DNA from: Aeriscardovia sp.
Lineage (GTDB): Bacteria > Actinomycetota > Actinomycetes > Actinomycetales > Bifidobacteriaceae
Length of the DNA stretch: 64,000 nt
Direction: 5' to 3'
NCBI GenBank assembly: GCA_017632855.1
Contig: JAGBQM010000009.1
Coordinates: 7,082 to 71,081, forward strand
The position numbers and the translations under genes were made by a program. Shown here piece by piece: positions 28,153 to 37,988 of this stretch (position 1 is the stretch's first letter; each line of letters begins with the position of its first letter). Below the pieces are notes generated by a model that saw nothing but the letters and a program-made list of their open reading frames with translations, ran no database searches and was not told the origin of the DNA.

Positions 28153-29310
28153 ATGATCATATATTCTAAACGTTCTGACTCTGGGCGATTAAACGACATT
28201 TTAATAGAGGAGCAAAAAGCCGGAAAAATCTCCCAGCTAAACGACTCCAATCCCACTCATTTCGGACTTGGAATTAAAAAATTCGGAGCATATAATCCTG
28301 ATCCTAAAGGGGAACTGCCTACAAGGATGGCTCTGGCGGAGTTTCTTTCCAAAAGGAAAGACAGAATCTCCCCCCTCTTTCTTCCGCCTTCCCCTGAGCG
28401 GATTTACCTTCTCTCTTCCACCTCCCAGGGCTACAGCTGGCTTATGAAGCTACTTTGCGATCCCCAAGACAAGATCGCCTACCCCTCCCCCGGCTACCCC
28501 CTCATTCCCTCCATAGCAAAGATAGAGGGAGTAGAGGCCATACCCTATTTTCTCCGCTTTGACGGGTCGTGGTACATAGACCTTCCCTCGGTAGAAGAGG
28601 CCCTTTCCCAGCCTGATGTTAAGGCTCTTGTCTTAATCCATCCCAATAATCCCACGGGAAGTTACGTTTCAAAAGAGGAATTTGAAAAAATAAGCGGGCT
28701 GTGCAGGAAAAAAGACGTGGCCATAATATGCGACGAAGTGTTTTACGACTACGGCTTCTCCTCCAACCTCCCCGGCAGGATCTCAGGGACGGCACAGGCG
28801 CTTACATTCTCCCTTGACGGCTTTTCCAAGCTCCTCGCCTCCCCCCAGATAAAGACCGCGTGGATTGAAGTGTCGGGAAGGGAAGATGAAGTGGCGGAGG
28901 CTGAAGCGCGGCTGGACTTTATAGCCGACAGCTTCCTTCCCAACTCCTGGTTTCAAAACGAATCCACCCCCCGCCTGCTTGAACTAGCTCCGAAAAAGAC
29001 AGAAGAAGTAAGAAAGAGGACGCAAGAGAATTTGGAAGCGCTGAGAAAGGCTTTTTCAGGAAGAGATCTCGCTTCTTCCCTCATAGAACCCGAGGGCGGA
29101 TGGAGCGCCCTGGTGAGGTTCGCTTCCACTATAGACGAAGACGCTTTGGTGACCGAACTTATAAAAAAGTACGCCCTTTCCGCCCAACCCGGCTACTTTT
29201 TCGATACCCCCTTCAACTGCGTGGCGGTCTCTCTCCTGCCTCCCGAAGGGCTCAGCAAGTCTAGAATTAAAGTGCTAATCGACGCTATAGAGGCCCTGAG
29301 CCGAGAGTGA
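28153..29310 (+). CDS. class I/II PLP-dependent aminotransferase (AlaA/aspartate-aminotransferase-like)
   Basis: 385 aa with N-terminal SKRS...L..SNPT, HPNNPTGS and the PLP-lysine context LDGFSKLL. Confidence 0.85.
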   Translation: MIIYSKRSDSGRLNDILIEEQKAGKISQLNDSNPTHFGLGIKKFGAYNPDPKGELPTRMALAEFLSKRKDRISPLFLPPSPERIYLLSSTSQGYSWLMKLLCDPQDKIAYPSPGYPLIPSIAKIEGVEAIPYFLRFDGSWYIDLPSVEEALSQPDVKALVLIHPNNPTGSYVSKEEFEKISGLCRKKDVAIICDEVFYDYGFSSNLPGRISGTAQALTFSLDGFSKLLASPQIKTAWIEVSGREDEVAEAEARLDFIADSFLPNSWFQNESTPRLLELAPKKTEEVRKRTQENLEALRKAFSGRDLASSLIEPEGGWSALVRFASTIDEDALVTELIKKYALSAQPGYFFDTPFNCVAVSLLPPEGLSKSRIKVLIDAIEALSRE

Positions 29311-29321
29311 TTAGAGGTGAA

Positions 29322-30260
29322 ATGAAACACGTAATTTTAGATTGCGATCCCGGCCATGACGACGCCCTGGCCCTCTTTATGGCGATGGGGGATCCGGAAA
29401 TCGACCTTATAGAAGTCACGACCGCCGGAGGGAACCAAAGCCTGGAAAAAGTTACTAAAAACGCACTTTCTTTAATAGAGCTCGTAGGGAAAGACATTCC
29501 GGTGTATTCCGGCTGCCCCACCCCCTTGGTGAAGGCTCCAAAGTGGGCCGGATACATTCACGGCGAAACCGGATTGGACGGAGTGAAGCTGGATCCTCCC
29601 AAGACCCAAGTAGCGGGAACCTACGCTGCAGAGCAAATCGTAAAAACCGTCATGGAAAATCCGGACCAGTACGTCACCCTGATTACTACCGCCCCCCTTA
29701 CGAATATCGCCATGGCGGCCCTTATGGAGCCAAGGATTTGCTCAAGGGTGAAGGAAGTCATCATGATGCTCGGAGCGGTGCATACGGGAAATGTAACCGC
29801 AGTGGCCGAATTTAACGCCTATACGGATCCCCAGGCAGCCAAAGTGGTATTTGAAAGGCCATGGCCTATAACGATGATCGGTTTGGACGTCACCCACCAG
29901 GCCATATGCACCAAAGAAGTGCAGGAGAGGCTGGTTAAAGCCAATCCGGACCTCGGAGAAGTTTTAAACGGCCTTATCAATTTCTTCAGGGATTCCTACA
30001 AAGATGAAGAGTGCTTCCCCGATCCTCCCACCCACGACCCCTGCGCCGTGGCCTACGCTCTCGACCCCTCGGTGGTTAGGACCGTAAAGTGCCCGGTATC
30101 GGTGGAAACGAAGGGAGACCTGACTTGCGGAATGACTGTGGCGGACCTTAGGGCAATGGCCCCCAAAGACTGCCGCACCCAGGTAGGCCTTTCTTTGGAC
30201 GTGGAAAAATTCTGGAATATTGTTGAAAAGGCTGTAGCCGGATTGAAAGTGGTGAAATAA
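29322..30260 (+). CDS. nucleoside hydrolase (IUNH family), copy 1
   Basis: N-terminal fingerprint DCDPGHDDALAL. I chose the ATG at 29322 (MKHVILDCDPG); the ORF-track GTG at 29307 overlaps the upstream stop. Confidence 0.88.
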   Translation: MKHVILDCDPGHDDALALFMAMGDPEIDLIEVTTAGGNQSLEKVTKNALSLIELVGKDIPVYSGCPTPLVKAPKWAGYIHGETGLDGVKLDPPKTQVAGTYAAEQIVKTVMENPDQYVTLITTAPLTNIAMAALMEPRICSRVKEVIMMLGAVHTGNVTAVAEFNAYTDPQAAKVVFERPWPITMIGLDVTHQAICTKEVQERLVKANPDLGEVLNGLINFFRDSYKDEECFPDPPTHDPCAVAYALDPSVVRTVKCPVSVETKGDLTCGMTVADLRAMAPKDCRTQVGLSLDVEKFWNIVEKAVAGLKVVK

Positions 30261-30262
30261 AA

Positions 30263-31204
30263 ATGAAGAAGCTGATACTGGATCTGGATACCGGCATTGA
30301 CGACACCCTTGCGATGTCTCTTGCGATGGCAAGCCCGGAAGTGGAACTTATAGGGATAATAGGCACTTACGGGAACGTGTATATGGATCAGGGCCTTAGA
30401 AACGATCTGGCCATTACAGACCTTTTCGGCAAAGATGTGAAGGTTTACCGCGGCCTTGAACACGCGCTGAAGAAGGATTCTTTTGAAGTGATGGAGATTT
30501 CTTCCTTCATCCACGGCAAAAACGGCATAGGGGAATGTCGGATCCCCGATTCTAAGAGGAGGCCGGAAGAAATAAGCGGAATAGACTTCCTCATTGACTC
30601 CGCCCATAAGTATAAAGAAGACCTTATATACGTGCCCACGGGGCCCCTCACAAACCTTGCGGCGGCCCTGCAAAAAGACCCTTCCATAAGCTCCCTTATA
30701 GGAAGAGTCGTATTTATGGGAGGGGCGCTTACGGTTCCCGGAAACGTCTCCGACTGGAGCGAAGCCAACATCAACCAGGATCCTGATGCCGCCGACTATG
30801 TGGTAAAGCATATAAATACCACCATGATCGGCCTGGACGTCACCCTCCAGACCCTCCTCACCACCCGCGAAACGGCGAAGTGGAGGGAGCTTGGAACAGA
30901 ACGCGCAAAGTTTTTGGCGGATGTGACAGACTACTACATAAAGGCCTATGAAGTGACGGCGCCGGGGCTGGGAGGGTGCGGCCTGCACGATCCCTTGGCC
31001 GTGGGGGTGGCGATAAATCCGGATCTTGTAGAGTGCCTTCCAATAAACCTTATGGTGGAAACCGAACCTCCCCTTCGAGGGCGAACGATAGGGGACCTTT
31101 CCATGCTTTCCGACCCGGTCAAAAAGACCCTGGTGGCCGTCAGGGTGAAAAAGGAGCAGTTCCTCGATATGCTGGTTTCCAGGCTTTCTTCCCTGGCCTC
31201 CTGA
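30263..31204 (+). CDS. nucleoside hydrolase (IUNH family), copy 2
   Basis: N-terminal fingerprint DLDTGIDDTLAM. Starts 2 nt after the copy 1 stop. Confidence 0.88.
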   Translation: MKKLILDLDTGIDDTLAMSLAMASPEVELIGIIGTYGNVYMDQGLRNDLAITDLFGKDVKVYRGLEHALKKDSFEVMEISSFIHGKNGIGECRIPDSKRRPEEISGIDFLIDSAHKYKEDLIYVPTGPLTNLAAALQKDPSISSLIGRVVFMGGALTVPGNVSDWSEANINQDPDAADYVVKHINTTMIGLDVTLQTLLTTRETAKWRELGTERAKFLADVTDYYIKAYEVTAPGLGGCGLHDPLAVGVAINPDLVECLPINLMVETEPPLRGRTIGDLSMLSDPVKKTLVAVRVKKEQFLDMLVSRLSSLAS

Positions 31205-33037
31205 TTAATTCTGCTTTTTGGGCGCGGGGGCCTTGTATATGGACTCTATTACGTCCTTGTAGTGGGCCTCCACCTGCTTTCTTCTTACCTTCAAAGACAC
31301 CGTAAGCATCCCGTTTTCGGGAGTGAACTCGCCCGGGAGGATCGCGAACTTCCTTATGGATTCCGCCCTCGAGACGGTCTTGTTGGCGGCGTCCACCGCG
31401 CTTTGCACTTCGCTCCTTACCACGGGGTTCTCGCTGGCTTCTTTCAGATCCTTGCAGGGCTGAAGCCCCTTGGATTGGAGCCACTGGTTGGTGTCTTCAA
31501 GATCCAAAGTTATTAAGGCCGACACGAACCTCTTATTGTTGCCTATTACAAGGCACTGGGCCACTACAGGGCAGCATTCTATGCTAGCCTGTAGCGGGGC
31601 GGGGGCTACGTTTATGCCTCCCGCAGTGATTATCAGCTCCTTTTTCCTGTCGGTGACCAACACCCTTCCCGCGTCATCTATATCTCCCACGTCTCCGGTG
31701 TGGAACCAGCCGTCCACAAGGGCCTCTTGCGTGGCCTCTGGCATATTGTGGTACCTTTTCATGACGCTGCGGCTCTTTATGCAGATTTCCCCGTCTTCGG
31801 CAATGCCCACGGTCATTCCGCAAAGCGGGGCGCCCACGGTGCCGATCCTCTTGTTAGTGGGGGTTTCTACCGTGACGGGCCCGCAGGTCTCCGTCATTCC
31901 GTACCCGTTTAACAGGGGCATTCCAATCCCGGCGAAAAAGTGGGCGAGGGAGGGATCTATCGGGGCTCCCCCCGTTATGCAGAAGTCGGCGTTAGGCCCG
32001 AAGACTTCGAGAATTTTGGAGTAGACGAGCTTTTTGTAGAGGGAGTAGCGCATCTTTTCTCCGACTCCTAAAGACTTTCCTTCCTGCTCTCTTTCGCTCC
32101 AGAGGCGGGCAAGCTTGGCCGCCCTGGCGAATACGTGCCCGGCGTATCCGGTTCCTGCCTTTTGACTTGCGGCGTTATAGACCTTTTCAAAAATCCTTGG
32201 CACGGCCAGAAGCAGGGTGGGGCCGAAAGACTGGAAGTCCTGGATTATCGTAGTGAAGTTGGAAGTGAGACCCATCTGCAGGGTGCCCGCAAAGGCCAGC
32301 ATTTCCATGTACCTGGCGAAGACGTGGCTGAGGGGGAGGAACATCAAAATGCGCCTGTCGGGAATATTGCAGGCGCGGGGGATGTATTGGCACCCCGAAA
32401 GCGCCGCAAAGACGAAGTTGGAGTGGGTGAGCTCCGCCCCTTTCGGGGTGCCGGTGGATCCTGAAGTGTAAACGATGGTAGCAACGTCGTCACCCTTCAC
32501 CTGCGCGGCGGCCTTTTCAAATTCCTCGTCTGTGATGTTTTTCCCGAAGGCCTCTATCGCATCCAGAGCTCCTTCCCCTATAGTGAAGGCCTCTTTCAGA
32601 GACGGGATTTCAGTTTTTACGCTCTCTATTTTGGATCTCAGGTCAATATTTTCCGCAAAAGCGTAGGCTACGGAGGAATCGTTGAAAATCTGCTTTACCT
32701 GGGCGGAAGAATTGGTCTCGTAGACCGGGACCACCACAGCCCCTATTGCGAGCAGGGATGCGTCGAGGGCTACCCACTCCCAGCTGGTGTGGGAAAAGAT
32801 CGCCACCGCATCCCCTTTTTGAATGCCCTTTCCAAGGAACCCTTTGGCGAGCCTGATCACCATATCCCTGAATTGTATACCGTTGAAACCAATCCATTTG
32901 CCTCCCTCTTTGTAACATATGAGGGGCTTATCCGGCAGGCGCTCGGCTCTGCCTTTTACAAGTTCAAAAATGCTTTTGTCGCTGTCGATTGGCTGAGGCA
33001 GAGGCGTGGTATACTGCTTGACGATTTGCTGATCCAT
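31205..33037 (-). CDS. long-chain acyl-CoA synthetase (AMP-forming)
   Basis: 610 aa with the AMP-binding signature YTSGSTGTPKG, plus GYGMTET and the FACS-type linker. Confidence 0.9.
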   Translation of the reverse strand: MDQQIVKQYTTPLPQPIDSDKSIFELVKGRAERLPDKPLICYKEGGKWIGFNGIQFRDMVIRLAKGFLGKGIQKGDAVAIFSHTSWEWVALDASLLAIGAVVVPVYETNSSAQVKQIFNDSSVAYAFAENIDLRSKIESVKTEIPSLKEAFTIGEGALDAIEAFGKNITDEEFEKAAAQVKGDDVATIVYTSGSTGTPKGAELTHSNFVFAALSGCQYIPRACNIPDRRILMFLPLSHVFARYMEMLAFAGTLQMGLTSNFTTIIQDFQSFGPTLLLAVPRIFEKVYNAASQKAGTGYAGHVFARAAKLARLWSEREQEGKSLGVGEKMRYSLYKKLVYSKILEVFGPNADFCITGGAPIDPSLAHFFAGIGMPLLNGYGMTETCGPVTVETPTNKRIGTVGAPLCGMTVGIAEDGEICIKSRSVMKRYHNMPEATQEALVDGWFHTGDVGDIDDAGRVLVTDRKKELIITAGGINVAPAPLQASIECCPVVAQCLVIGNNKRFVSALITLDLEDTNQWLQSKGLQPCKDLKEASENPVVRSEVQSAVDAANKTVSRAESIRKFAILPGEFTPENGMLTVSLKVRRKQVEAHYKDVIESIYKAPAPKKQN

Positions 33038-33151
33038 AAACTCTATAGTAGTAGAAACTTAAAAATACAGGAAATTTTCATATTTTAATGGCAATTTTTC
33101 CCGCCGGAAAACTCCAATATATTTTCTTAAACTTTTTGCTAATTTGGAGAA

Positions 33152-34006
33152 ATGGTGACGAAAAAAAGATTGCTCGCCCGCTCCCTGACAGTTGCGGCGC
33201 TTGGCTTTTTGCTTCTTTTTTCCCTTGCGGCCTGCGGCAACTCCCACGCCCAGGCTTCTTCAAATACGCAAGGTTCCGTTTCCCCCGGTTCTGAGGAAGA
33301 AGGCAATGGGACAGCGATGTCTGAAGAATTTCAAAAGGGAGGGATGTGGTTTCTTTCATCTACCCCCTCTCCCGGCGCTGACATAAATCAGGCTTTTTAT
33401 TTTAATTCGGGAAAGCTCACAGTGTTTCAGTACCTTTACGGCAGCGGAGTTCAATTTAAAGATCTTTCGGGAGACGCTTCCCAGGAGGCTGCAGAACTTT
33501 TGAAGTGGGATCAACAGGGGTGGAACTCGCTTTTCCCCGGCACTCCCTATAAAAAGCCTTCCCCCACTTCCTATTCGCTCCAGCTTCTTACAAATGAAGA
33601 CGGCAAGGAGGGGGCCGTAGAAATTTTGGAAGATGCCTCCGTAATAGATCCTGTAGATGGAGAAAACGCCTTTATTTTTGCCAGCCAAAATGAAAACGCC
33701 CTGCCTCAGGGTGATTTCCTTTATCTTCCCCTCACTACCGTTTCCTTGGCTAATGCCGGAAGCGCCATGGGGAAGGTGGCCCCGCTCAGAGGAGCGTGGA
33801 AAGGATACTTAAACTGGAACACCCTGATGGAGAACGTGGCTCAAAATATAGAGCTTTCTTCTCCTTCCATAGACACCTCCCGCGAGTGGTTTACCACCCT
33901 CTCTTCTTCCAACTTCACTTTGGACTCCCCGAAGTCTTCAGGCGTCAGCGTGCACGGACAGCTCTCCATAAGCCAAAGCCTGGCGAAAAACAACCGTATG
34001 GCCTAA
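33152..34006 (+). CDS. lipoprotein of unknown function
   Basis: Signal peptide with lipobox L-A-A-C (Cys28). No recognisable domain in the remaining ~255 aa. Confidence 0.7.
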   Translation: MVTKKRLLARSLTVAALGFLLLFSLAACGNSHAQASSNTQGSVSPGSEEEGNGTAMSEEFQKGGMWFLSSTPSPGADINQAFYFNSGKLTVFQYLYGSGVQFKDLSGDASQEAAELLKWDQQGWNSLFPGTPYKKPSPTSYSLQLLTNEDGKEGAVEILEDASVIDPVDGENAFIFASQNENALPQGDFLYLPLTTVSLANAGSAMGKVAPLRGAWKGYLNWNTLMENVAQNIELSSPSIDTSREWFTTLSSSNFTLDSPKSSGVSVHGQLSISQSLAKNNRMA

Positions 34007-34398
34007 ATCCCTGCCCCAAGCGCCCTGAGTTGCTCCACTCCCTCTTGGGAAATGTTTTCCACGCTCCAAAGAGGGGAAAAGGTCCACTCCACCTTGAATT
34101 GGGAAACCGTACCCCAAAGCGCATGGGCAATCTCGTTTTCTATAGAGTCGGTCAGAGGGCACAAGGGGGTTGTAAGGGTCATGGTAAGGATCGCCCTTTC
34201 AAGCTCGTCTATTTCCACCTTGTATACCAGCCCGAGGCTTACGAGATCTATTCCGATCTCCGGATCTATAATCTCGGAAAGCTTGTCCAAGACCTTTTTT
34301 GCCAGCGCCTCTTTTTCGCCGTCGGGAGCTATGAGTTCGGTTTTCGTGGGATTTTTCCCGGCGTTTTTAAAAGAGGAAGGAGCAGATGAAGCGCCCAT
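34003..34398 (-). CDS. sufT: DUF59 (SufT/MIP18-like) Fe-S assembly protein
   Basis: IDPEIGIDLVSLGLVY...TLTTPLCP is typical of DUF59. Last gene of the suf operon. Confidence 0.8.
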   Translation of the reverse strand: MGASSAPSSFKNAGKNPTKTELIAPDGEKEALAKKVLDKLSEIIDPEIGIDLVSLGLVYKVEIDELERAILTMTLTTPLCPLTDSIENEIAHALWGTVSQFKVEWTFSPLWSVENISQEGVEQLRALGAGI

Positions 34399-34403
34399 TT
34401 ATT

Positions 34404-34919
34404 TCACTTTCCCTTTTTGCTCCTAAAAGCGTCTATGGGGCACGTTCCGGAAAATTGCTCCCATCCTCCCTTTTCCAGAGCTTCTTTTAAGGTAGTCCAC
34501 CCCAAAAGGGCGCATTTTATACGCATGGGAAACTTTGAGACCCCCTGTAGCGCGGCGGCGTCTCCGAGGCTGGCAGGGGCTTTTCCTTCGCCCTTGCCGT
34601 TCATCATGTTCAGAAAGTCATAGAACAGTCCGATTGCCTCTTCCTTGCTTTTGCCCACTACGAGGTCCGTCATCATGGAAAGGGAAGAAGTGCAAATGGC
34701 GCATCCGTCTCCGCGCCATCCGAGTCCCTTTATGACCCCGTCTTCCATCTCAACTTCCATTTCCACTTCGTCCCCGCAGGAAGAATTGAAGCCGGCGGCG
34801 TGAATGAACTGTCGGTTGCCCTTGGATCCTTCTTCGGAAAAGACCTCCTTTTTGCCATGGGGATCCCTGGAGGCCTCAAGTATGGTTTCCTTGTAAAGTT
34901 CAGAAATGTCTTCCATCAC
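34404..34919 (-). CDS. sufU: SufU/IscU-type Fe-S scaffold / sulfur acceptor
   Basis: NSSCGDEV, GDGCAICTSS and KCALLGW conserved-cysteine contexts. Confidence 0.88.
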   Translation of the reverse strand: MMEDISELYKETILEASRDPHGKKEVFSEEGSKGNRQFIHAAGFNSSCGDEVEMEVEMEDGVIKGLGWRGDGCAICTSSLSMMTDLVVGKSKEEAIGLFYDFLNMMNGKGEGKAPASLGDAAALQGVSKFPMRIKCALLGWTTLKEALEKGGWEQFSGTCPIDAFRSKKGK

Positions 34920-36166
34920 TCCCCCTTTATGAAATAGCTGCGAAGCCCGGAAAGGAGATCCAGGAACCTGTCCACTTCTTCGGGCTCGTTATAAGGGGCT
35001 AAAGAGGCTCTTGAAGAAGAGGGGATGCCAAAGGATCTGTGTAGGATTTGGGCGCACTGGTGCCCTGAGCGAATCGCCACCCCGTTTACTGCCATAAACT
35101 GGGCTACGTCGTGGGGATGGACGCCTTCTACTTCGAATGAAAGTATAGGCGCCCTGCGGGCAGGGCTTAAGGGCCCCAAAATTCTTACGTGAGGTATGGA
35201 GGAAGCCTGCATCAGCCTTTCGGTCAGAGCAGTTTCAGAGATGCCTTTCTTTAAGAAATCAAAGGCGGCCTGCATGGCTATAACCTGGGCTACAGGCTGC
35301 GTCCCCGCTTCAAACCTCCACGGGGCGCTCTTATAGACGGCCTGCCTGTTTTCCCAGGCGCTGTCTACCATGGAGCCTCCGAAGTAGCTTGCCGGAAGCT
35401 GGTCGAACAGGTCTTTCCTTCCGTAAAGGAACCCGAGGCCGGTAGGACCGTAGATTTTGTGGGCTGAAAATCCCGTAAAATCAATCCCCAGCGCCTTCAC
35501 GTCTATTTTTTCATGCGCTACGGCCTGGCATATGTCGCTTATGACTATGGCTCCTGCAGCGTGGGCGGCTTTAGAAATGGAAGGAATGTCTGCAAAAGCC
35601 CCGGTCACGTTTGAAAGGCGGGATACGGCTACGATTTTCGTCTTCTCCCCTATGGCATCTTGCCAGCCTTCCACTTGCCCGTCTTCCGACATGGGCAGGA
35701 ATTTCAGTGTGCATCCCCTTCTGCGGGCCAGTTCCTGGAGGGGGAGTAGGACCGAATTGTGTTCCGAGCGGGACAGGAGTATTTCATCGCCCTCGGCCAG
35801 ATAAAGCGGGCTGCGGGGATCTTCTACATATCCCAGAGAATTGGCCAGGATGTTAAAAGCCCCGGTAGCTGAAGAAGTGAAAGCTACTTCCTCGCAATCC
35901 GCCCCTATCAAAGAGGCGATTTCCTCCCTCGTTTTCTCAAATTCTTCAGTATCCCTGTAGGCCAACTCGTAAGCGGAACGGCTAACGGGAGCGTTATAGA
36001 TTGAGTAAAACTCATACCCTTTCTCTATCACGCCTTTCAGCTTCTGGCTGGTAGCTGCAGAATCCAAATAGGTCAGATCGGGATTGTTTTTAAAAAACGG
36101 GAAAAGAGACCGGATCTCAGGCGCGCCTGCAATCCATTCGCTCTCATTGCATACTGTTTTGTCCAT
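34916..36166 (-). CDS. sufS: cysteine desulfurase SufS
   Basis: 416 aa with PLP lysine in FSAHKIYGPTG and an active-site region near RSGHQCAQ. Confidence 0.92.
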   Translation of the reverse strand: MDKTVCNESEWIAGAPEIRSLFPFFKNNPDLTYLDSAATSQKLKGVIEKGYEFYSIYNAPVSRSAYELAYRDTEEFEKTREEIASLIGADCEEVAFTSSATGAFNILANSLGYVEDPRSPLYLAEGDEILLSRSEHNSVLLPLQELARRRGCTLKFLPMSEDGQVEGWQDAIGEKTKIVAVSRLSNVTGAFADIPSISKAAHAAGAIVISDICQAVAHEKIDVKALGIDFTGFSAHKIYGPTGLGFLYGRKDLFDQLPASYFGGSMVDSAWENRQAVYKSAPWRFEAGTQPVAQVIAMQAAFDFLKKGISETALTERLMQASSIPHVRILGPLSPARRAPILSFEVEGVHPHDVAQFMAVNGVAIRSGHQCAQILHRSFGIPSSSRASLAPYNEPEEVDRFLDLLSGLRSYFIKGE

Positions 36167-36169
36167 AAA

Positions 36170-36925
36170 TCACAGTATAGAGCTCAAAATGCCGTCGTAG
36201 CCATCCTCTTCGATCTTGTAGGCCAAATCCCTCCCTCCGCTCAGAGCTATGCGGCCCTTATAGAAAAGATGGACGAAATCGGGCTTTACGTACTTTAGGA
36301 TCCTGGCGTAATGGGTGATTAAGATTATGCCGCACCCTTCTTCGTGGCTCCTGCAAATGCCTTCGCTTACAATCTTCAAGGCGTCTACGTCGAGTCCGGA
36401 GTCTATTTCATCCAGTATGGCGAATTTGGGCTTCAAAACTTCCAGCTGCAGGATTTCCGCCCTCTTCTTTTCTCCTCCGCTGAACCCTTCGTTTACGTTT
36501 CTATAGGCAAACTGGGGATCTATTTTCAGCCTCTCCATGTATCCCTTTAAAATCGCGGGCCAGCTTCTGAGGGCGGGCGCCTTGCCTTTAAGGGCCTTCA
36601 GGGAGGTTCTAAGGAAATTTATGAGGGGCACCCCCGGAATTTCTACAGGATACTGCATCCCCAAAAACAGGCCTTCTTTAGCCCTCTCATCGGGGGTCAT
36701 GAGCTCCATTTCCTTCCCGTCCATCTTCACGCTGCCCGAAGTGGAATAATCGGGGTGATTCATGAGGCTGTAAGCCAGGGTAGACTTCCCGGAGCCGTTG
36801 GGGCCCATAAGGACGTGTATCTCATCGGAAGAGGCTTTAAAATTCACGCCCTTCAAAATCTCCTTGGGACCCTCCTTGGTTTGTACCGAGCTCCTAAAAT
36901 CCCTCACTTCAAGCCTGTGAGCCAT
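36170..36925 (-). CDS. sufC: Fe-S cluster assembly ATPase SufC
   Basis: Walker A GPNGSGKST, ABC signature FSGGEKKR, Walker B ILDEIDSGLD. Confidence 0.95.
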   Translation of the reverse strand: MAHRLEVRDFRSSVQTKEGPKEILKGVNFKASSDEIHVLMGPNGSGKSTLAYSLMNHPDYSTSGSVKMDGKEMELMTPDERAKEGLFLGMQYPVEIPGVPLINFLRTSLKALKGKAPALRSWPAILKGYMERLKIDPQFAYRNVNEGFSGGEKKRAEILQLEVLKPKFAILDEIDSGLDVDALKIVSEGICRSHEEGCGIILITHYARILKYVKPDFVHLFYKGRIALSGGRDLAYKIEEDGYDGILSSIL

Positions 36926-37988
36926 TAAAACCGCCTATCCTTTTGCAAAATTGTTCAAATTCCCCTTTTGCTTCTGAAGAACCCATCTGGGAAAGGAGCT
37001 CTTCAAAGAATCCGGAGACTATCATCTCTTTGGCTTCTTCTTCTCCGATTCCGCGGGATCTGAGGTAGAAAATTTGATTGGGATCAAAATATCCTACAGA
37101 GCTGGAATGGCCGGCCGCGAGGATGTCTCCGTTTTTAATTTCAAGCTGGGGCTCGGAAAAAGATTTGGCTCCCGGGGTAAGGACGAAATTTTTGTTCAGC
37201 TCGTAAGAGTCGCTGCCCTTTCCGTTCTTTCCTATAATGCTCTCTCCTACCCATGCGCTTCTGGCCATGCCTCCCAGAAGCGCCCCTCTGTAAGAGACCC
37301 TGGACTTGCAGTCCGGAAAGGCATGGGCCACCCTTACCCTCGTCTCTGCAAAGCCGTCTCCGTGGATGAAATAAATGCCGTTCATTTCGGCTTCCGCGTG
37401 AGGCCCGGAGAAGAAAGCCCTTGAAGAGTACCTTGTAAACTTTCCCCCCATGCACAGGAGGTTTCTTTTAACTCTGGCCCCGGAGGCGATCCTGGTGGAG
37501 TCGTATACGAATTTTTCCCCTTCCCCCCGGCATAAGACGGTTAAGTATGCCTTGCTTTCTTCTTCCGCTTCGACATCCAAAAAGTAGATCCCTTTTCCTG
37601 AACCTTCAAACGTCAAAAGCACATTAGACTCTTGTCCGGCGCGGATTTCCAAAGAAAGCATGAGGCTGTCTTTTTCCCCGTTGTTTTCTACTTCTATCCT
37701 CGAATCCCCTTCCGGAATTTCGATGCGAAACCTGCGGCGCAGGGTTGAAAAAGCCTGGGCCTCTACCTTGTCTTTCGGGCTGAGAAGCTTGCCGGCTTTC
37801 CCTTCTTCCGCTTCCCTTCCGTCTAACCGAACGGAGGCGCAGAGCGAAGGCTGAAAAGGTTTTAGAAACTCCTCCACTTTTTCTATGGGGTCATACTTCC
37901 ACTCTTCGCTCTTTCTCAAATCTTTAAAAGCTCCGGGATCAAAGGAGATGATTCCCTCGGGCTCGGAAAGGGCGTCGTAGCCTTTCAT
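36909..37988 (-). CDS. sufD: Fe-S cluster assembly protein SufD
   Basis: 359 aa with beta-helix SufB/D family similarity. Sits between sufB and sufC. Confidence 0.85.
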   Translation of the reverse strand: MKGYDALSEPEGIISFDPGAFKDLRKSEEWKYDPIEKVEEFLKPFQPSLCASVRLDGREAEEGKAGKLLSPKDKVEAQAFSTLRRRFRIEIPEGDSRIEVENNGEKDSLMLSLEIRAGQESNVLLTFEGSGKGIYFLDVEAEEESKAYLTVLCRGEGEKFVYDSTRIASGARVKRNLLCMGGKFTRYSSRAFFSGPHAEAEMNGIYFIHGDGFAETRVRVAHAFPDCKSRVSYRGALLGGMARSAWVGESIIGKNGKGSDSYELNKNFVLTPGAKSFSEPQLEIKNGDILAAGHSSSVGYFDPNQIFYLRSRGIGEEEAKEMIVSGFFEELLSQMGSSEAKGEFEQFCKRIGGFNGSQA

